From Eubacteriales bacterium (GTDB lineage Bacteria > Bacillota > Clostridia > Oscillospirales > CAG-382), in the NCBI GenBank assembly GCA_045595785.1, contig JAZOBE010000043.1:15810-79809 (forward strand): a DNA stretch of 64,000 nt, in the 5' to 3' direction. Below, in pieces: positions 9,901 to 18,578 of the stretch; the first letter of the stretch is position 1; every line of letters begins with the position of its first letter. A model generated the notes under the pieces. It was not told the DNA's origin. It ran no database searches and worked only from the letters and a program-made list of their open reading frames with translations. The position numbers were made by a program, and so were the translations under genes.

Positions 9901-12900
9901 TTATCACCAAGGAGGTTTACCATCCCTTTGACGGTAACCTTGATAATGAGTTCGACTTTACCGTTATCATCTCCGGCGTTACTCAGTGGGAAGCTGATAA
10001 CAAGCTGGCTCTTCCCGCAGGCGCAACCTACGTTTACGCAGGCGGCGTGGTTACCGTAAGCGGAATAAAGGTTAAGGGTGACGGCTCTGCTACCATCACC
10101 GGTATTCCCGCAGGCGCAGCATACACCGTTACCGAACTGCCTGAAACCGGCTTTGAGCTGGATACTTCCAAGACTGTAGGTGCAAACGGAACCATTTCTG
10201 CCAACACAGTTATCAATGCACAGTTTGTAAATAATTACGTACCTAACCCTCCCGTTAACGCGGATATCACCGTTAGCGGTACCAAGACTGTTCAGGCTAA
10301 TGCCCTTATTACCGAGACTTATACATTCAAGGTTCAGAAGCTTGACGAATCCACAGGCACTTACGTAGACGTAAGCGGAGCAGTTGCTTCCGTTGATATC
10401 ACCGCTACTATTGGCGGCGCAATAGAAAGCTATACCATTTCTCTTAACGAAACCTATACCAACGTGGGAACTCACTATTACCGCGTTGTTGAGGTAGGCG
10501 GAACTACCGACGGTATGACCTACGATACCACCGAAGGCCTCTTTAAGGTAACCGTTTCCGACCCCGGCGTTATCGACGGTATTCTTGAAGTAAACGTTGA
10601 AGCGATTGCTGATTCCACCGTTTCTCCCACTACCGGCGGATTTGACGTAAAGGTTGACTTTATTAACGTATATGCCGTTGACAGTACCCACGCAGATATC
10701 GTTATCAAGAAGGTACTTAACAACAATACCGGCGTAAGCATCCCTCTCAATATATTTGAGTTTGCGCTTTCCTCCGGCGGCGTAGTCATCGATACCGTTC
10801 ATACAGATGCTCTGGGTAATGCAACCATCCGTATTCCCATTGATGCAGAAGGCACCCTCGTTTACACTCTTACTGAAGTAAACGGCGGTATGCCCGGCAT
10901 GACCTACGATTCCAAGGAATACACCGTAACCATCGTTACCACTACCGTTGGCGGCAAGCTTTCGGCAGAGGTTACCGTTTCCGATACCACCGATGATATC
11001 GCATTGTTTACCAATGCATATTTTCTTACTTCCGCCATCGTTTCTATCGACGGCACCAAGATCCTTGACAACAAAGCAATAACCGACGGTCAGTTTGAAT
11101 TTATCATCAAGGCGGCAGATGAGCTTTACGCTCCCATTACTTCCGGCTGGTCCCAGACTGTTTCCAACATAGGCGGCGGCTTTACCTTCGTTCTCCCCGA
11201 ATATACCAAGGTGGGCACCTACAGATACGTTGTTAACGAGGTAATTCCTGCTGCGGCAGTAAACAATCTGCTTGATGGTATTACCTATGATACCTCTGTT
11301 TACCACGTAACAGTTGTTGTTACCGACGATGGTAACGGCAAGCTTGCTTCTGCAGTTCAGCTCACCAAGGTCGGCACTGGCGACGTTACCGATATAGTCT
11401 TTACCAACACCTATAACGTAACCGGCACCCAGACTATCACCTTTGAGGGAGATAAGATACTCATCGGCAGAGAGCTCCACGGCTCCGAGTTTACGTTTAA
11501 TATTGACGTATACAAGGACGGCGTAAAGCAGCCCTCTCTTACCACCACCAACCTTTCCACCGGCGTTATCCAGTTCCCCGAATTCACTTATACTGCTTCC
11601 GATATCGGAGTTGAATATAAGTACGTTATCAGTGAGGTTCTTCCCACCGGAGCAGTTGGCGGCAAATATCAGGGTGTTACCTATGATGATACCGTATATG
11701 AAGTTATCGTCAACGTAACCGATAACGGTGTGGGCGGCATTCAGCTTGTTGTAAGCGGAGACGATGAAAAGGCACTCCACTTTGAAAACACCTATTCCGC
11801 AGAGCAGGTTTCCGTATCTCTTTCCGGTGATAAAACTCTCAACGGCAGAGATATTGAAGACGGCGAGTTTGAATTCGTTCTCAAGAATGAAGTTGGCTCT
11901 GTTATCGAGACCGTTTCTAACGTAGCCGATAAGTTTAATTTCAGCCCCATCACTTATACCGCCGCAGGCGTATATAAGTACACTGTTTCCGAGGTTAAGG
12001 GAACCAAGGGCGGCGTAACCTATGACGATACCGTTTACACCATCACCGTAACCGTTACCGACAACGGCAAGGGTATACTTACTGCATCTACCGTTATCGA
12101 CGGCATAGGAACTCTTTCCTTTACCAATAACTACAATACTCAGAATGTAGTTATTGAAATTCCCGGCAACAAGACTCTGGTAGGCAGACCCATTGCAGAA
12201 GACGAGTTCTTGTTCGGCGTATACCACGCAACCGTTTCCGGCGGCGTCTACACTATCAACGGTGACGTAATTGTTACCACCACCAATAAGGCAGACGGCA
12301 CCTTCGTATTCGAAAACGGCGTATTCACTTCTCCCGGTACTTATCATTATGTAGTTAAGGAAATCAACGAAGGCGAGCTTGGAATTACCTACGATACCAA
12401 ACAGTTTAACATTAAGGTTGTAGTTACCGATGATCTTAACGGTAATCTGGTTGCAGATCTCACCGTTGAAAACGGTCCCATCGAGTTTAACAATACCTAC
12501 GTTCCCGTAGAAACCTCCGTTACCTTTAGCGGTACCAAGGTTCTTAACGGCAGAAGCCTTGCAGACGGCGAATTCAAGTTCGTTCTCAAGGATTCCACCG
12601 ATGCTGTTATCCAGACCGTTTCCAACGTAGGCGGCGCGTTCACATTTGATGCGCTTGTTTATAATGCAGTAGGTGGTCCTTACACCTATACCGTATCCGA
12701 AGTTAACGAGGGCAAGGGCGGTGTAACCTACGATTCCACCGTATATACCGTAACCGTTAAAGTAGTTGATGACGGCCACGGAAGCCTTGTAACCGAGGTA
12801 ACCGGCGGAACAAGCTTTGCATTCACCAATGATTACAGCGCAGATCCCGTTGATCACGCAATTTCCGGTACCAAGGTTCTTAGCGGAAAAGCTCTTGCAG

Positions 12901-15449
12901 ACGGCGATTTCAGCTTTGTACTCAAGAATTCCTCCGGCACTCCCATTGATACTGCTTCCAACGTAGGCGGCACCTTCACCTTTGGCGCTATCACCTACAA
13001 CACCGCAGGCACTTATACCTATACCGTTTCCGAGGTTAATGACGGCAAGGGCGGAATCACTTACGATACCACCGTATACACCGTAACCGTAGTTGTAACC
13101 GATAACGGCGACGGCACTCTCTCCGCAACTCAGCAGGTAGTCGGTGCAGCTGCACTTGAGTTCAACAACTCTTACAACGTAACCGTAAACGCAACCGTAG
13201 TTCTTGACGGTGTTAAGTATCTTAACGGCAGACCCCTTAATGCAGGCGAATTTGAGTTTGCTCTGAAGGACAAAAACGGCACAACCCTCCAGACCGTATC
13301 CAACCTTGCAGACGGCACCTTCATATTCGCACCTCTCAGCTTCTCCGCTGCAGGCGAATATAAGTACACCGTAACCGAGGTAAACAACGGTAAGGGCGGC
13401 GTAAGCTATGACGATACCGTTTATGATATTACCGTAACCGTAACCGACGGCGGCAGCGGCGCATACGTTGCAACAGTTGATATCAAGAATAATCCTGAAA
13501 TTATCTTTACAAACAGCTATTCTGTAGGTCCCATTTCCGTTCCTCTTACCGGCAAAAAGATTCTCGAGGGCAGAAAGCTTAACGCAAACGAATTTGAATT
13601 CGCGCTTTATACCACAGACGGCAGACTTATGCAGACTGTTACCAATAAAGCAAACGGCGAGTTTAAGTTCGAGAACATCACCTTCAGCGTAGCAGGCACT
13701 TATACCTTTATCGTAACCGAAACTCTTGGCAAAGTAAGCGGCGTAACCTATGATAATACCGCATATACCGTGAGAGTTATCGTTACCGATAACGGTGACG
13801 GAACCCTCTCTTACACCACTACCGTAAGCAGCAAGGGTGAATTGGTATTCACCAACGTATACAGCGTTAACGAAGTTACCGAAACTATCGTCGGCACCAA
13901 GGTGCTTAACGGCAGAGAACTTTTGAACGGCGAATTCAGCTTCCAGCTTAAGGATGAAAACGGCACGGTTCTCCAGACCGTTTCCAATCTTGCAGACGGA
14001 TCCTTCGCATTTGAACCCATCACTTATACTCAGCCCGGCGTATACAAGTACACTGTAAATGAGGTAAAGGGTGATGCGCCCGCTATAAAGTATGACGGAC
14101 AGAAGTTCTTCGTAACCGTTACCGTAACTGATAACGGCGCAGGACAGCTTGTTACCGATACCTCCATCACCGGCGGCAGAATCAAGTTCGTTAACACCTA
14201 TGCGGCAGAAGAAGTTTCCGTTTCCTTCAGCGGCACCAAGACTCTTGAAGGCAAGGCTCTTGCAAACGGTCAGTTCGGATTTGTTCTTACCGATGAGTTT
14301 GGCAACCTTGTTCAGACAGTTACCAACGATGAAAACGGCGTATTCAACTTTGCTCCCATTACCTATAGCGTAGCAGGGGAATACAAGTACACCGTAACCG
14401 AGGCAAATGACGGTCAGGGCGGTATTACTTATGATGAAACCGTATATACCGTTACCGTTAACGTAGTTGATAATATGGAAGGCAAGCTGGTTGCAGATGT
14501 TACCGTCAGCGGCAACGGCAGCATCGAGTTTGTAAACAGCTACACCGTGTCTCCCGTTTCCGTACCTCTTTCCGCAGTAAAGACTCTTGAGGGCAAAGAA
14601 CTTACACAGGGCGCGTTCGTATTCTACCTTAAGGATGAAAACGGCGCAGTTCTCCAGACTGTTTCCAACAGCGGCGACGGCTCTATCGCGTTCAATGATC
14701 TCACCTTTACCGCAGCAGGAACCTATGTTTACACCGTAAACGAGTTTGTAGGATCTGCAAACGGAATGACCTATGACGATACAGTTTACACCGTAACCGT
14801 AGTTGTAACCGATAACGGCGATGGCACTCTTACTGCAGTTAAGACCGTTGACGGCGGCGAAATCGTGTTTAACAACGTATACGACGCAATTGATGCAGTT
14901 GTTGACCTTGCAGGTAAGAAGGTTCTCAACGGCAGAGAGCTTTTGAACGGCGAATTCAGCTTTGCTCTCACCGATGAAAGCGGCGCAGTTGTTCAGACTG
15001 TTACCAACGATGAAAATGGAGCGTTTGCATTCGATACTCTCACTTTTGATTCCGAGGGCGTATATCAGTACACCGTAACCGAGATCAAGGGTGATGATGA
15101 AACGATCGTTTATGATACCACCGTTTACAACGTGGTTATTACCGTAATAGACGAGGACGGTACTCTTGCCGCAACCGTTTCTCTCGGCGCAGATGAAATG
15201 GTATTCACCAACGCTGTTGATAAGGGCGACGAGTCTGATCCCGACGTATCTGATCCCGACGTATCTGATCCTGACGTATCTGATCCCGACGTTTCAATAC
15301 CTGATGAGTCTGATCCCGATATTTCCGAGCCTGAGGAAACTCCCGAGCTTGGTGATAATTCTCAGTTCTTCGTTTGGGTATCTCTTCTCACCATAAGTGT
15401 TATCGGACTTGCAGTTTTGCGTATTAACAGACGTAAGATTTCCGAATAA
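6927..15449 (+). CDS. giant cell-surface adhesin: signal peptide, vWA domain, SpaA-like prealbumin-fold domains, about 14 isopeptide-type pilin repeats, acidic linker, C-terminal membrane tail
   Basis: N-terminal signal peptide (K-rich, hydrophobic, AAAA). MIDAS motif DNSSS at nt 7326 plus LLTDGETN. Two GxxxxxTGxPxGAxYTVxE modules. Repeats carry GTKxLxGR ... YxYTVxEV ... GVTYD ... FxNxY, which is the Lys/Glu/Asn pattern of Spy0128/FctA-type isopeptide domains. The tail reads SDPDV x4 ... hydrophobic stretch ... RINRRK. Confidence 0.85.
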   Translation: MKIKSVTKKILSLLLVICLILPCIPVISIPFKAAAAPGTGTVVVDPSTADSYTNMLGTAIDGNRYSGRVWFDKSVYAYGSEAQLPLHSDFIGLPLDTIKIDSNFLVVGSAIGSTTSVITTTSTAAYLDVVIILDNSSSMKNTSNGTTRFVKVRDAANKLIQSITSNKNNRLAIVAYSSDSQEILPLDFYNEKANVLTLSETGNYYNRNYQFTASATPVGSSTAIGGKYTGSANGTNVQSGVNQGMKILANAENTSGRIPVVILLTDGETNHAVSNDWYNAASSNITNNNFTYHKQVAVSTLLNAAYMKYLASTNYVTAPVVYGIGVDLGAGSNANVVMDPANTVKSTANGLAKETYDLLEQWKNSSSTVTSNYGGTTWRFPQLPSNYPGTKQDVIDNINYVDKYYNIGSEELSGTFDEILVEINEKAFVPLVDKVVQGEIEVDTPLTYVDFIGDYMEVKEFKAVTLFGKVYSISKSLEAPVITDTVNTDGTVTRKAVTTYVVESGTATNPTLGVSFNVSDAIKITVTETYLAKNVNGVYEKIGVGKQEVRATIPSIVLPLIYDKVSNDQGDISYESNRGEVVPLRLYYTVDIADEVIDSNGDVITDLISSDYLANNTNTNGSVNFYPGQYGVMNTIETINGVTGLFKGDAHAAATPALDNRYYYYQNNYPVYISATNKNGSAITWDKDEYGVLYYQGNGIDKTLNDNYKTEYLLYSDVSSLSDTDLVYTMVAFYRPTSGGKGEAVGYLTYNDWQYIKDSLAYYDNVNKVYINGYSGGAYETSETEGHHVSAGIVDSYITAKGLKKSDIICVLGIGAWRTSRLHNMEVHKTTNESGTAEFTVVPTHNEDALHDGSLVSWLGNNGKLTLAPQQGISITKTVTEAVAGAETEFVFTVTVSGTDFTPKFIDQNGNSFNSVPVVKDTSLNKTTITLTLKAGETAYVTGLPTGASYTVAEALSNYYSASYTNEAGTVKANEMVYVSVENAPKAYGDLVITKEVYHPFDGNLDNEFDFTVIISGVTQWEADNKLALPAGATYVYAGGVVTVSGIKVKGDGSATITGIPAGAAYTVTELPETGFELDTSKTVGANGTISANTVINAQFVNNYVPNPPVNADITVSGTKTVQANALITETYTFKVQKLDESTGTYVDVSGAVASVDITATIGGAIESYTISLNETYTNVGTHYYRVVEVGGTTDGMTYDTTEGLFKVTVSDPGVIDGILEVNVEAIADSTVSPTTGGFDVKVDFINVYAVDSTHADIVIKKVLNNNTGVSIPLNIFEFALSSGGVVIDTVHTDALGNATIRIPIDAEGTLVYTLTEVNGGMPGMTYDSKEYTVTIVTTTVGGKLSAEVTVSDTTDDIALFTNAYFLTSAIVSIDGTKILDNKAITDGQFEFIIKAADELYAPITSGWSQTVSNIGGGFTFVLPEYTKVGTYRYVVNEVIPAAAVNNLLDGITYDTSVYHVTVVVTDDGNGKLASAVQLTKVGTGDVTDIVFTNTYNVTGTQTITFEGDKILIGRELHGSEFTFNIDVYKDGVKQPSLTTTNLSTGVIQFPEFTYTASDIGVEYKYVISEVLPTGAVGGKYQGVTYDDTVYEVIVNVTDNGVGGIQLVVSGDDEKALHFENTYSAEQVSVSLSGDKTLNGRDIEDGEFEFVLKNEVGSVIETVSNVADKFNFSPITYTAAGVYKYTVSEVKGTKGGVTYDDTVYTITVTVTDNGKGILTASTVIDGIGTLSFTNNYNTQNVVIEIPGNKTLVGRPIAEDEFLFGVYHATVSGGVYTINGDVIVTTTNKADGTFVFENGVFTSPGTYHYVVKEINEGELGITYDTKQFNIKVVVTDDLNGNLVADLTVENGPIEFNNTYVPVETSVTFSGTKVLNGRSLADGEFKFVLKDSTDAVIQTVSNVGGAFTFDALVYNAVGGPYTYTVSEVNEGKGGVTYDSTVYTVTVKVVDDGHGSLVTEVTGGTSFAFTNDYSADPVDHAISGTKVLSGKALADGDFSFVLKNSSGTPIDTASNVGGTFTFGAITYNTAGTYTYTVSEVNDGKGGITYDTTVYTVTVVVTDNGDGTLSATQQVVGAAALEFNNSYNVTVNATVVLDGVKYLNGRPLNAGEFEFALKDKNGTTLQTVSNLADGTFIFAPLSFSAAGEYKYTVTEVNNGKGGVSYDDTVYDITVTVTDGGSGAYVATVDIKNNPEIIFTNSYSVGPISVPLTGKKILEGRKLNANEFEFALYTTDGRLMQTVTNKANGEFKFENITFSVAGTYTFIVTETLGKVSGVTYDNTAYTVRVIVTDNGDGTLSYTTTVSSKGELVFTNVYSVNEVTETIVGTKVLNGRELLNGEFSFQLKDENGTVLQTVSNLADGSFAFEPITYTQPGVYKYTVNEVKGDAPAIKYDGQKFFVTVTVTDNGAGQLVTDTSITGGRIKFVNTYAAEEVSVSFSGTKTLEGKALANGQFGFVLTDEFGNLVQTVTNDENGVFNFAPITYSVAGEYKYTVTEANDGQGGITYDETVYTVTVNVVDNMEGKLVADVTVSGNGSIEFVNSYTVSPVSVPLSAVKTLEGKELTQGAFVFYLKDENGAVLQTVSNSGDGSIAFNDLTFTAAGTYVYTVNEFVGSANGMTYDDTVYTVTVVVTDNGDGTLTAVKTVDGGEIVFNNVYDAIDAVVDLAGKKVLNGRELLNGEFSFALTDESGAVVQTVTNDENGAFAFDTLTFDSEGVYQYTVTEIKGDDETIVYDTTVYNVVITVIDEDGTLAATVSLGADEMVFTNAVDKGDESDPDVSDPDVSDPDVSDPDVSIPDESDPDISEPEETPELGDNSQFFVWVSLLTISVIGLAVLRINRRKISE
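10255..15215 (+). repeat. about 14 tandem coding repeats (roughly 95-110 aa each) inside the adhesin gene
   Basis: I counted 15 successive F-x-N-x-Y/V domain-boundary motifs in the translation. The repeats are diverged at the DNA level but clearly homologous at the protein level. Confidence 0.8.
15233..15337 (+). repeat. 15-bp tandem repeat encoding (S-D-P-D-V)n
   Basis: tctgatcc(c/t)gacgt(a/t) occurs four times in perfect register (15233-15292), followed by three degenerate units. Confidence 0.9.
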
Positions 15450-15461
15450 TCAATAAATCTT

Positions 15462-15497
15462 AAAAGCTCCCGATATCATTATCGGGAGCTTTTTTTG
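15462..15497 (+). terminator. rho-independent terminator
   Basis: aaaagctcccgat / atcgggagctttt hairpin followed by a T-run after the adhesin stop. Confidence 0.8.
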
Positions 15498-15537
15498 TGT
15501 GAAAAATATTCGGTTAACAAAATTAACAGAATACTAT

Positions 15538-15566
15538 TTGACAAATCAACATTTTATTATTATAAT
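15538..15566 (+). promoter_or_regulatory. consensus sigma-70 promoter
   Basis: TTGACA, exactly 17 nt, TATAAT, about 40 nt upstream of the 15604 start. Confidence 0.6.
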
Positions 15567-15603
15567 ATAACTGTATAAATACCGAGTTCGGAGAGAGCGT
15601 ATA

Positions 15604-16803
15604 ATGGCAAAAAGAAAAAATGAAAAATGGATACATTTTCGCCACAGCGTTGTGCGCAATCTGCTGTATCTTGTTTTGTACCCATATTCCCGTGTCGTTT
15701 ACGGGGTGAAGATAGAAAAGTTCAAGGAGCAGGGAAACCGCAAGTATCTTGTTCTGCTTAACCATCAAACACCCTTTGACCAGTTTTTTGTCGGCATGTC
15801 TTTTAAGGGACCGGTATATTATATGGCGACCGAGGATATATTTTCAATGGGCTTTGTGTCAAAGATTATTAAATATCTTGTTGCACCCATTCCCATAAAA
15901 AAGCAGACTACGGATATTCGTGCCGTGCTTAATTGTATGCGTGTCGCCAAGGAGGGCGGTACCATCTGTATCGCGCCCGAGGGAAACCGCACGTATAGCG
16001 GACGAACCGAGTATATGAACCCTGCCATTGTTTCTCTTGCCAAAAAACTTTCGCTTCCCATCGCTTTTTATCGTCTTGAAGGCGGCTACGGTGTTCAGCC
16101 CCGCTGGAGTGACGTTGTGCGAAAGGGATATATGCGCGGCTATGTTTCCGATGTTATCGAGCCTGAGGACTACAAAGCAATGTCGGACGAAGAGCTTATG
16201 GAGCTTATCCGTACCAAGCTTTTTGTTGATGAAGCTAACTCTGTTGGTATCTTTAAGCACAAAAAACGTGCCGAGTATCTTGAAAGATGTATTTACGTCT
16301 GTCCCTTCTGCGGGTTGTCTTCCTTTTACAGCGAAGGTGATTTTACTCGTTGCGAAAAATGCGGCAGGGAAGTGGAGTACACGGAAAACAAGCAGATAAA
16401 AGGCGTTGGATATGAGCATCCCTTTGCCTATGTTGCAAATTGGTATGATTATCAGAAGGATTATATCAACAGCCTCGACACTACCGTTCTTACTCAAGAA
16501 CCTATATACAGCGAAAGGGTCAGCGTGTATGAGGTAGAGGTATACAAAAAGAAAAAACTTGTTTATAAAAAAGCGATGCTTTCTCTTTACGGAGACCGTG
16601 TAACCATAAATAATACCGTGTTTTCTTTTGATACTGTCTCGCATTTTACAGTACTGGGGAAGAATAAGCTTAACATATATTCGGATGGAAAGGTATATCA
16701 AATCAAAGGCGATAAGCACTTTAACGCACTTAAATATACCCATTTTTTCCATCGGTATAAAAACATAAAAGGAGCAAACAATGATCAATTTCTCGGACTT
16801 TAG
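15604..16803 (+). CDS. PlsC-like lysophospholipid acyltransferase with a C-terminal extension
   Basis: Acyltransferase motifs NHQTPFD (HX4D) and PEGNRT. The extension contains CPFCG...CEKCG (zinc-ribbon-like). Confidence 0.7.
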   Translation: MAKRKNEKWIHFRHSVVRNLLYLVLYPYSRVVYGVKIEKFKEQGNRKYLVLLNHQTPFDQFFVGMSFKGPVYYMATEDIFSMGFVSKIIKYLVAPIPIKKQTTDIRAVLNCMRVAKEGGTICIAPEGNRTYSGRTEYMNPAIVSLAKKLSLPIAFYRLEGGYGVQPRWSDVVRKGYMRGYVSDVIEPEDYKAMSDEELMELIRTKLFVDEANSVGIFKHKKRAEYLERCIYVCPFCGLSSFYSEGDFTRCEKCGREVEYTENKQIKGVGYEHPFAYVANWYDYQKDYINSLDTTVLTQEPIYSERVSVYEVEVYKKKKLVYKKAMLSLYGDRVTINNTVFSFDTVSHFTVLGKNKLNIYSDGKVYQIKGDKHFNALKYTHFFHRYKNIKGANNDQFLGL

Positions 16804-18163
16804 CGTTTGGGGCAGCTTTATGCTGTTCGCGGTTCTTCTCGCCAGCCTGCTTCTGGCAAATATGCTCAGACGCTCTATACCTTTTTTGGATAAATCTCTC
16901 ATTCCCACCTCCGTTCTCGGCGGCGGAATACTGTTAGTCATTGCAGTAATATATAAAGCCTTTACGGGCGAGCTTTTATTCAATACCGCTTTCTTCGGCG
17001 GAAACGGGTATGATACTCTTGAGACACTTACATACCATACTCTCGCTTTGGGATTTATTGCTACCGCGTTCAAGACCTCCAACGGTAAGCTTAGCAAAAA
17101 GCGCTCTGTGGAGATCTTTAATACCGGTGTTACAACTGTTTCCACTTACCTTATGCAGGCAGTTGCAGGTATGGCGATCACCATTATCGCAAGCTATGTA
17201 GCTAAAGATCTCTTTTCTGCCAGCGGTATATTGCTTGCTTTCGGTTACGGTCAGGGCACGGGTCAGGCAATGAATTACGGCGGCATTTATGAAAGAGACT
17301 ATAACTTTATCGGCGGCGGCAGCTTTGGTCTTACTATTGCGGCGCTGGGATTCCTTTCTGCCAGTATCGGCGGTGTTATCCATCTTAACATCCTTCGCAG
17401 AAAAGGAAAGATAAAGGTAAAGTCATCTACCGATATTTCTCTTCACAACGACCAGATACAGTCCAACAAAGAGATTCCCATGCAGGCAAGCATTGATAAA
17501 ATGACTGTTCAGATAGCCCTTATCGCGGTGGCGTATCTGCTGGCGTTCCTGCTTATGTATCTGTTGGGCAACCTGATTCCCGGTATGCGGTCTGTTATTT
17601 TCGGCTTTAACTTCCTTTTGGGTGTTCTTGTTGCAACTGTTATGAAGATAGTCATTGAATATCTCCACAAAAAGAATATCATTCACAGACAGTATACCAA
17701 CGATTTTCTTATGACTCGCGCCAGCAATTTTTTCTTTGATATTATGGTCGTTGCAGGTATCGCCGCTATCCGCCTTGATATGCTTAAGAAATATTGGGGC
17801 GTTATCATCATTCTTGGTGTAACCGGTTTGATTCTTACCTATGTATACAATTATTTCGTTGCAAATACGCTTTTCAAAGAATATGCCGAAGAGCAGTTTT
17901 TAATGATGTACGGCATGCTTACGGGAACCGCATCCACAGGCGTAATTTTATTGCGTGAGATAGACGGCGAGTTTGCTTCTCCCGCATCGGATAATCTGGT
18001 ATATCAGAATTTCCCTGCAATAGTATTCGGCTTTCCTCTTATGATGCTGGCTACCCTTGCTCCCAAAAAACCTATACTTACTCTTATTATACTTGCCGCT
18101 TTCTTCGTGGTTATGAACATTATTCTGTTCAGAAAATTCATTTTCAGAAAAAAGAAAAAATAA
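16781..18163 (+). CDS. polytopic membrane transporter, sodium/glutamate symporter (GltS)-like
   Basis: 460 aa and highly hydrophobic. The N-terminal pattern (LR..IPFL.K.LIP.SVLGG) and FGYGQGTGQA resemble GltS-family proteins as I remember them. SD AAAGGAG. Confidence 0.55.
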   Translation: MINFSDFSVWGSFMLFAVLLASLLLANMLRRSIPFLDKSLIPTSVLGGGILLVIAVIYKAFTGELLFNTAFFGGNGYDTLETLTYHTLALGFIATAFKTSNGKLSKKRSVEIFNTGVTTVSTYLMQAVAGMAITIIASYVAKDLFSASGILLAFGYGQGTGQAMNYGGIYERDYNFIGGGSFGLTIAALGFLSASIGGVIHLNILRRKGKIKVKSSTDISLHNDQIQSNKEIPMQASIDKMTVQIALIAVAYLLAFLLMYLLGNLIPGMRSVIFGFNFLLGVLVATVMKIVIEYLHKKNIIHRQYTNDFLMTRASNFFFDIMVVAGIAAIRLDMLKKYWGVIIILGVTGLILTYVYNYFVANTLFKEYAEEQFLMMYGMLTGTASTGVILLREIDGEFASPASDNLVYQNFPAIVFGFPLMMLATLAPKKPILTLIILAAFFVVMNIILFRKFIFRKKKK

Positions 18164-18168
18164 AGCTT

Positions 18169-18204
18169 AAAACGGGCACTTCAAGTACGAAGTGCCCGTT
18201 TTTT
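18169..18204. terminator. bidirectional rho-independent terminator
   Basis: aaaacgggcacttc ... gaagtgcccgtttttt lies between convergent genes (stops at 18163 on + and 18213 on -). Confidence 0.8.
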
Positions 18205-18212
18205 CGGTGTTG

Positions 18213-18539
18213 TCAGGTAGTAATACTTTCGGTAATTATCTGCCGCCGCAGTTCATTGGCTTTTTTGGTGTATAACGCATAATCCTTTTCTGCCGCCTCC
18301 AATTCACTTTCGCTGCATTTTCCACGGCTGAACCTTGCTAACGTAAGCACCAATGCCGCTATCCTTTCTTCGCCCTCCATGCGCAGAAGCTCTTGTCGGT
18401 TCCTTTCTTCCTTTCGTCGTTCTGCGTCCTTTCTCGCCTTCTCCAATGCTCTTCTAAGCAAAAAACACACGAAGACAGAGACGAATCCGCCTGCAGACAA
18501 AAACGCTGCAGCGGCTTCTACGAGGCTTTCGAAAACCAT
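18213..18539 (-). CDS. small membrane-anchored coiled-coil protein (phage cluster, function unknown)
   Basis: 108 aa with an N-terminal hydrophobic segment followed by charged helix-prone sequence. It lies just downstream of the holin. Confidence 0.5.
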   Translation of the reverse strand: MVFESLVEAAAAFLSAGGFVSVFVCFLLRRALEKARKDAERRKEERNRQELLRMEGEERIAALVLTLARFSRGKCSESELEAAEKDYALYTKKANELRRQIITESITT

Positions 18540-18578
18540 CAGATTTCGTAAATCAGACGGGCGATAGCGTCAAAAAGC

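Noticed and set aside
9138-12857. A 1239-aa ORF on the minus strand inside the adhesin gene, plus other long antisense ORFs (565-1653, 7065-8009, 15859-17145, 22472-23590, 32495-33472).
   Set aside because: Each lies antisense to a gene with clear domain motifs and proper SD and start context. Their translations are low-complexity (G/N/V/I/C-rich) with no motifs. The repetitive codon composition of the sense genes simply suppresses stop codons on the opposite strand.
15233-15337. A CRISPR array or other non-coding repeat was considered for the 15-bp tandem repeats, and likewise for the decamer array at 45.6-46.1 kb.
   Set aside because: The 15-bp units are contiguous with no spacers and lie in frame inside a CDS. 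The decamers are far too short and irregularly spaced for CRISPR repeats. No cas genes are present in the window.
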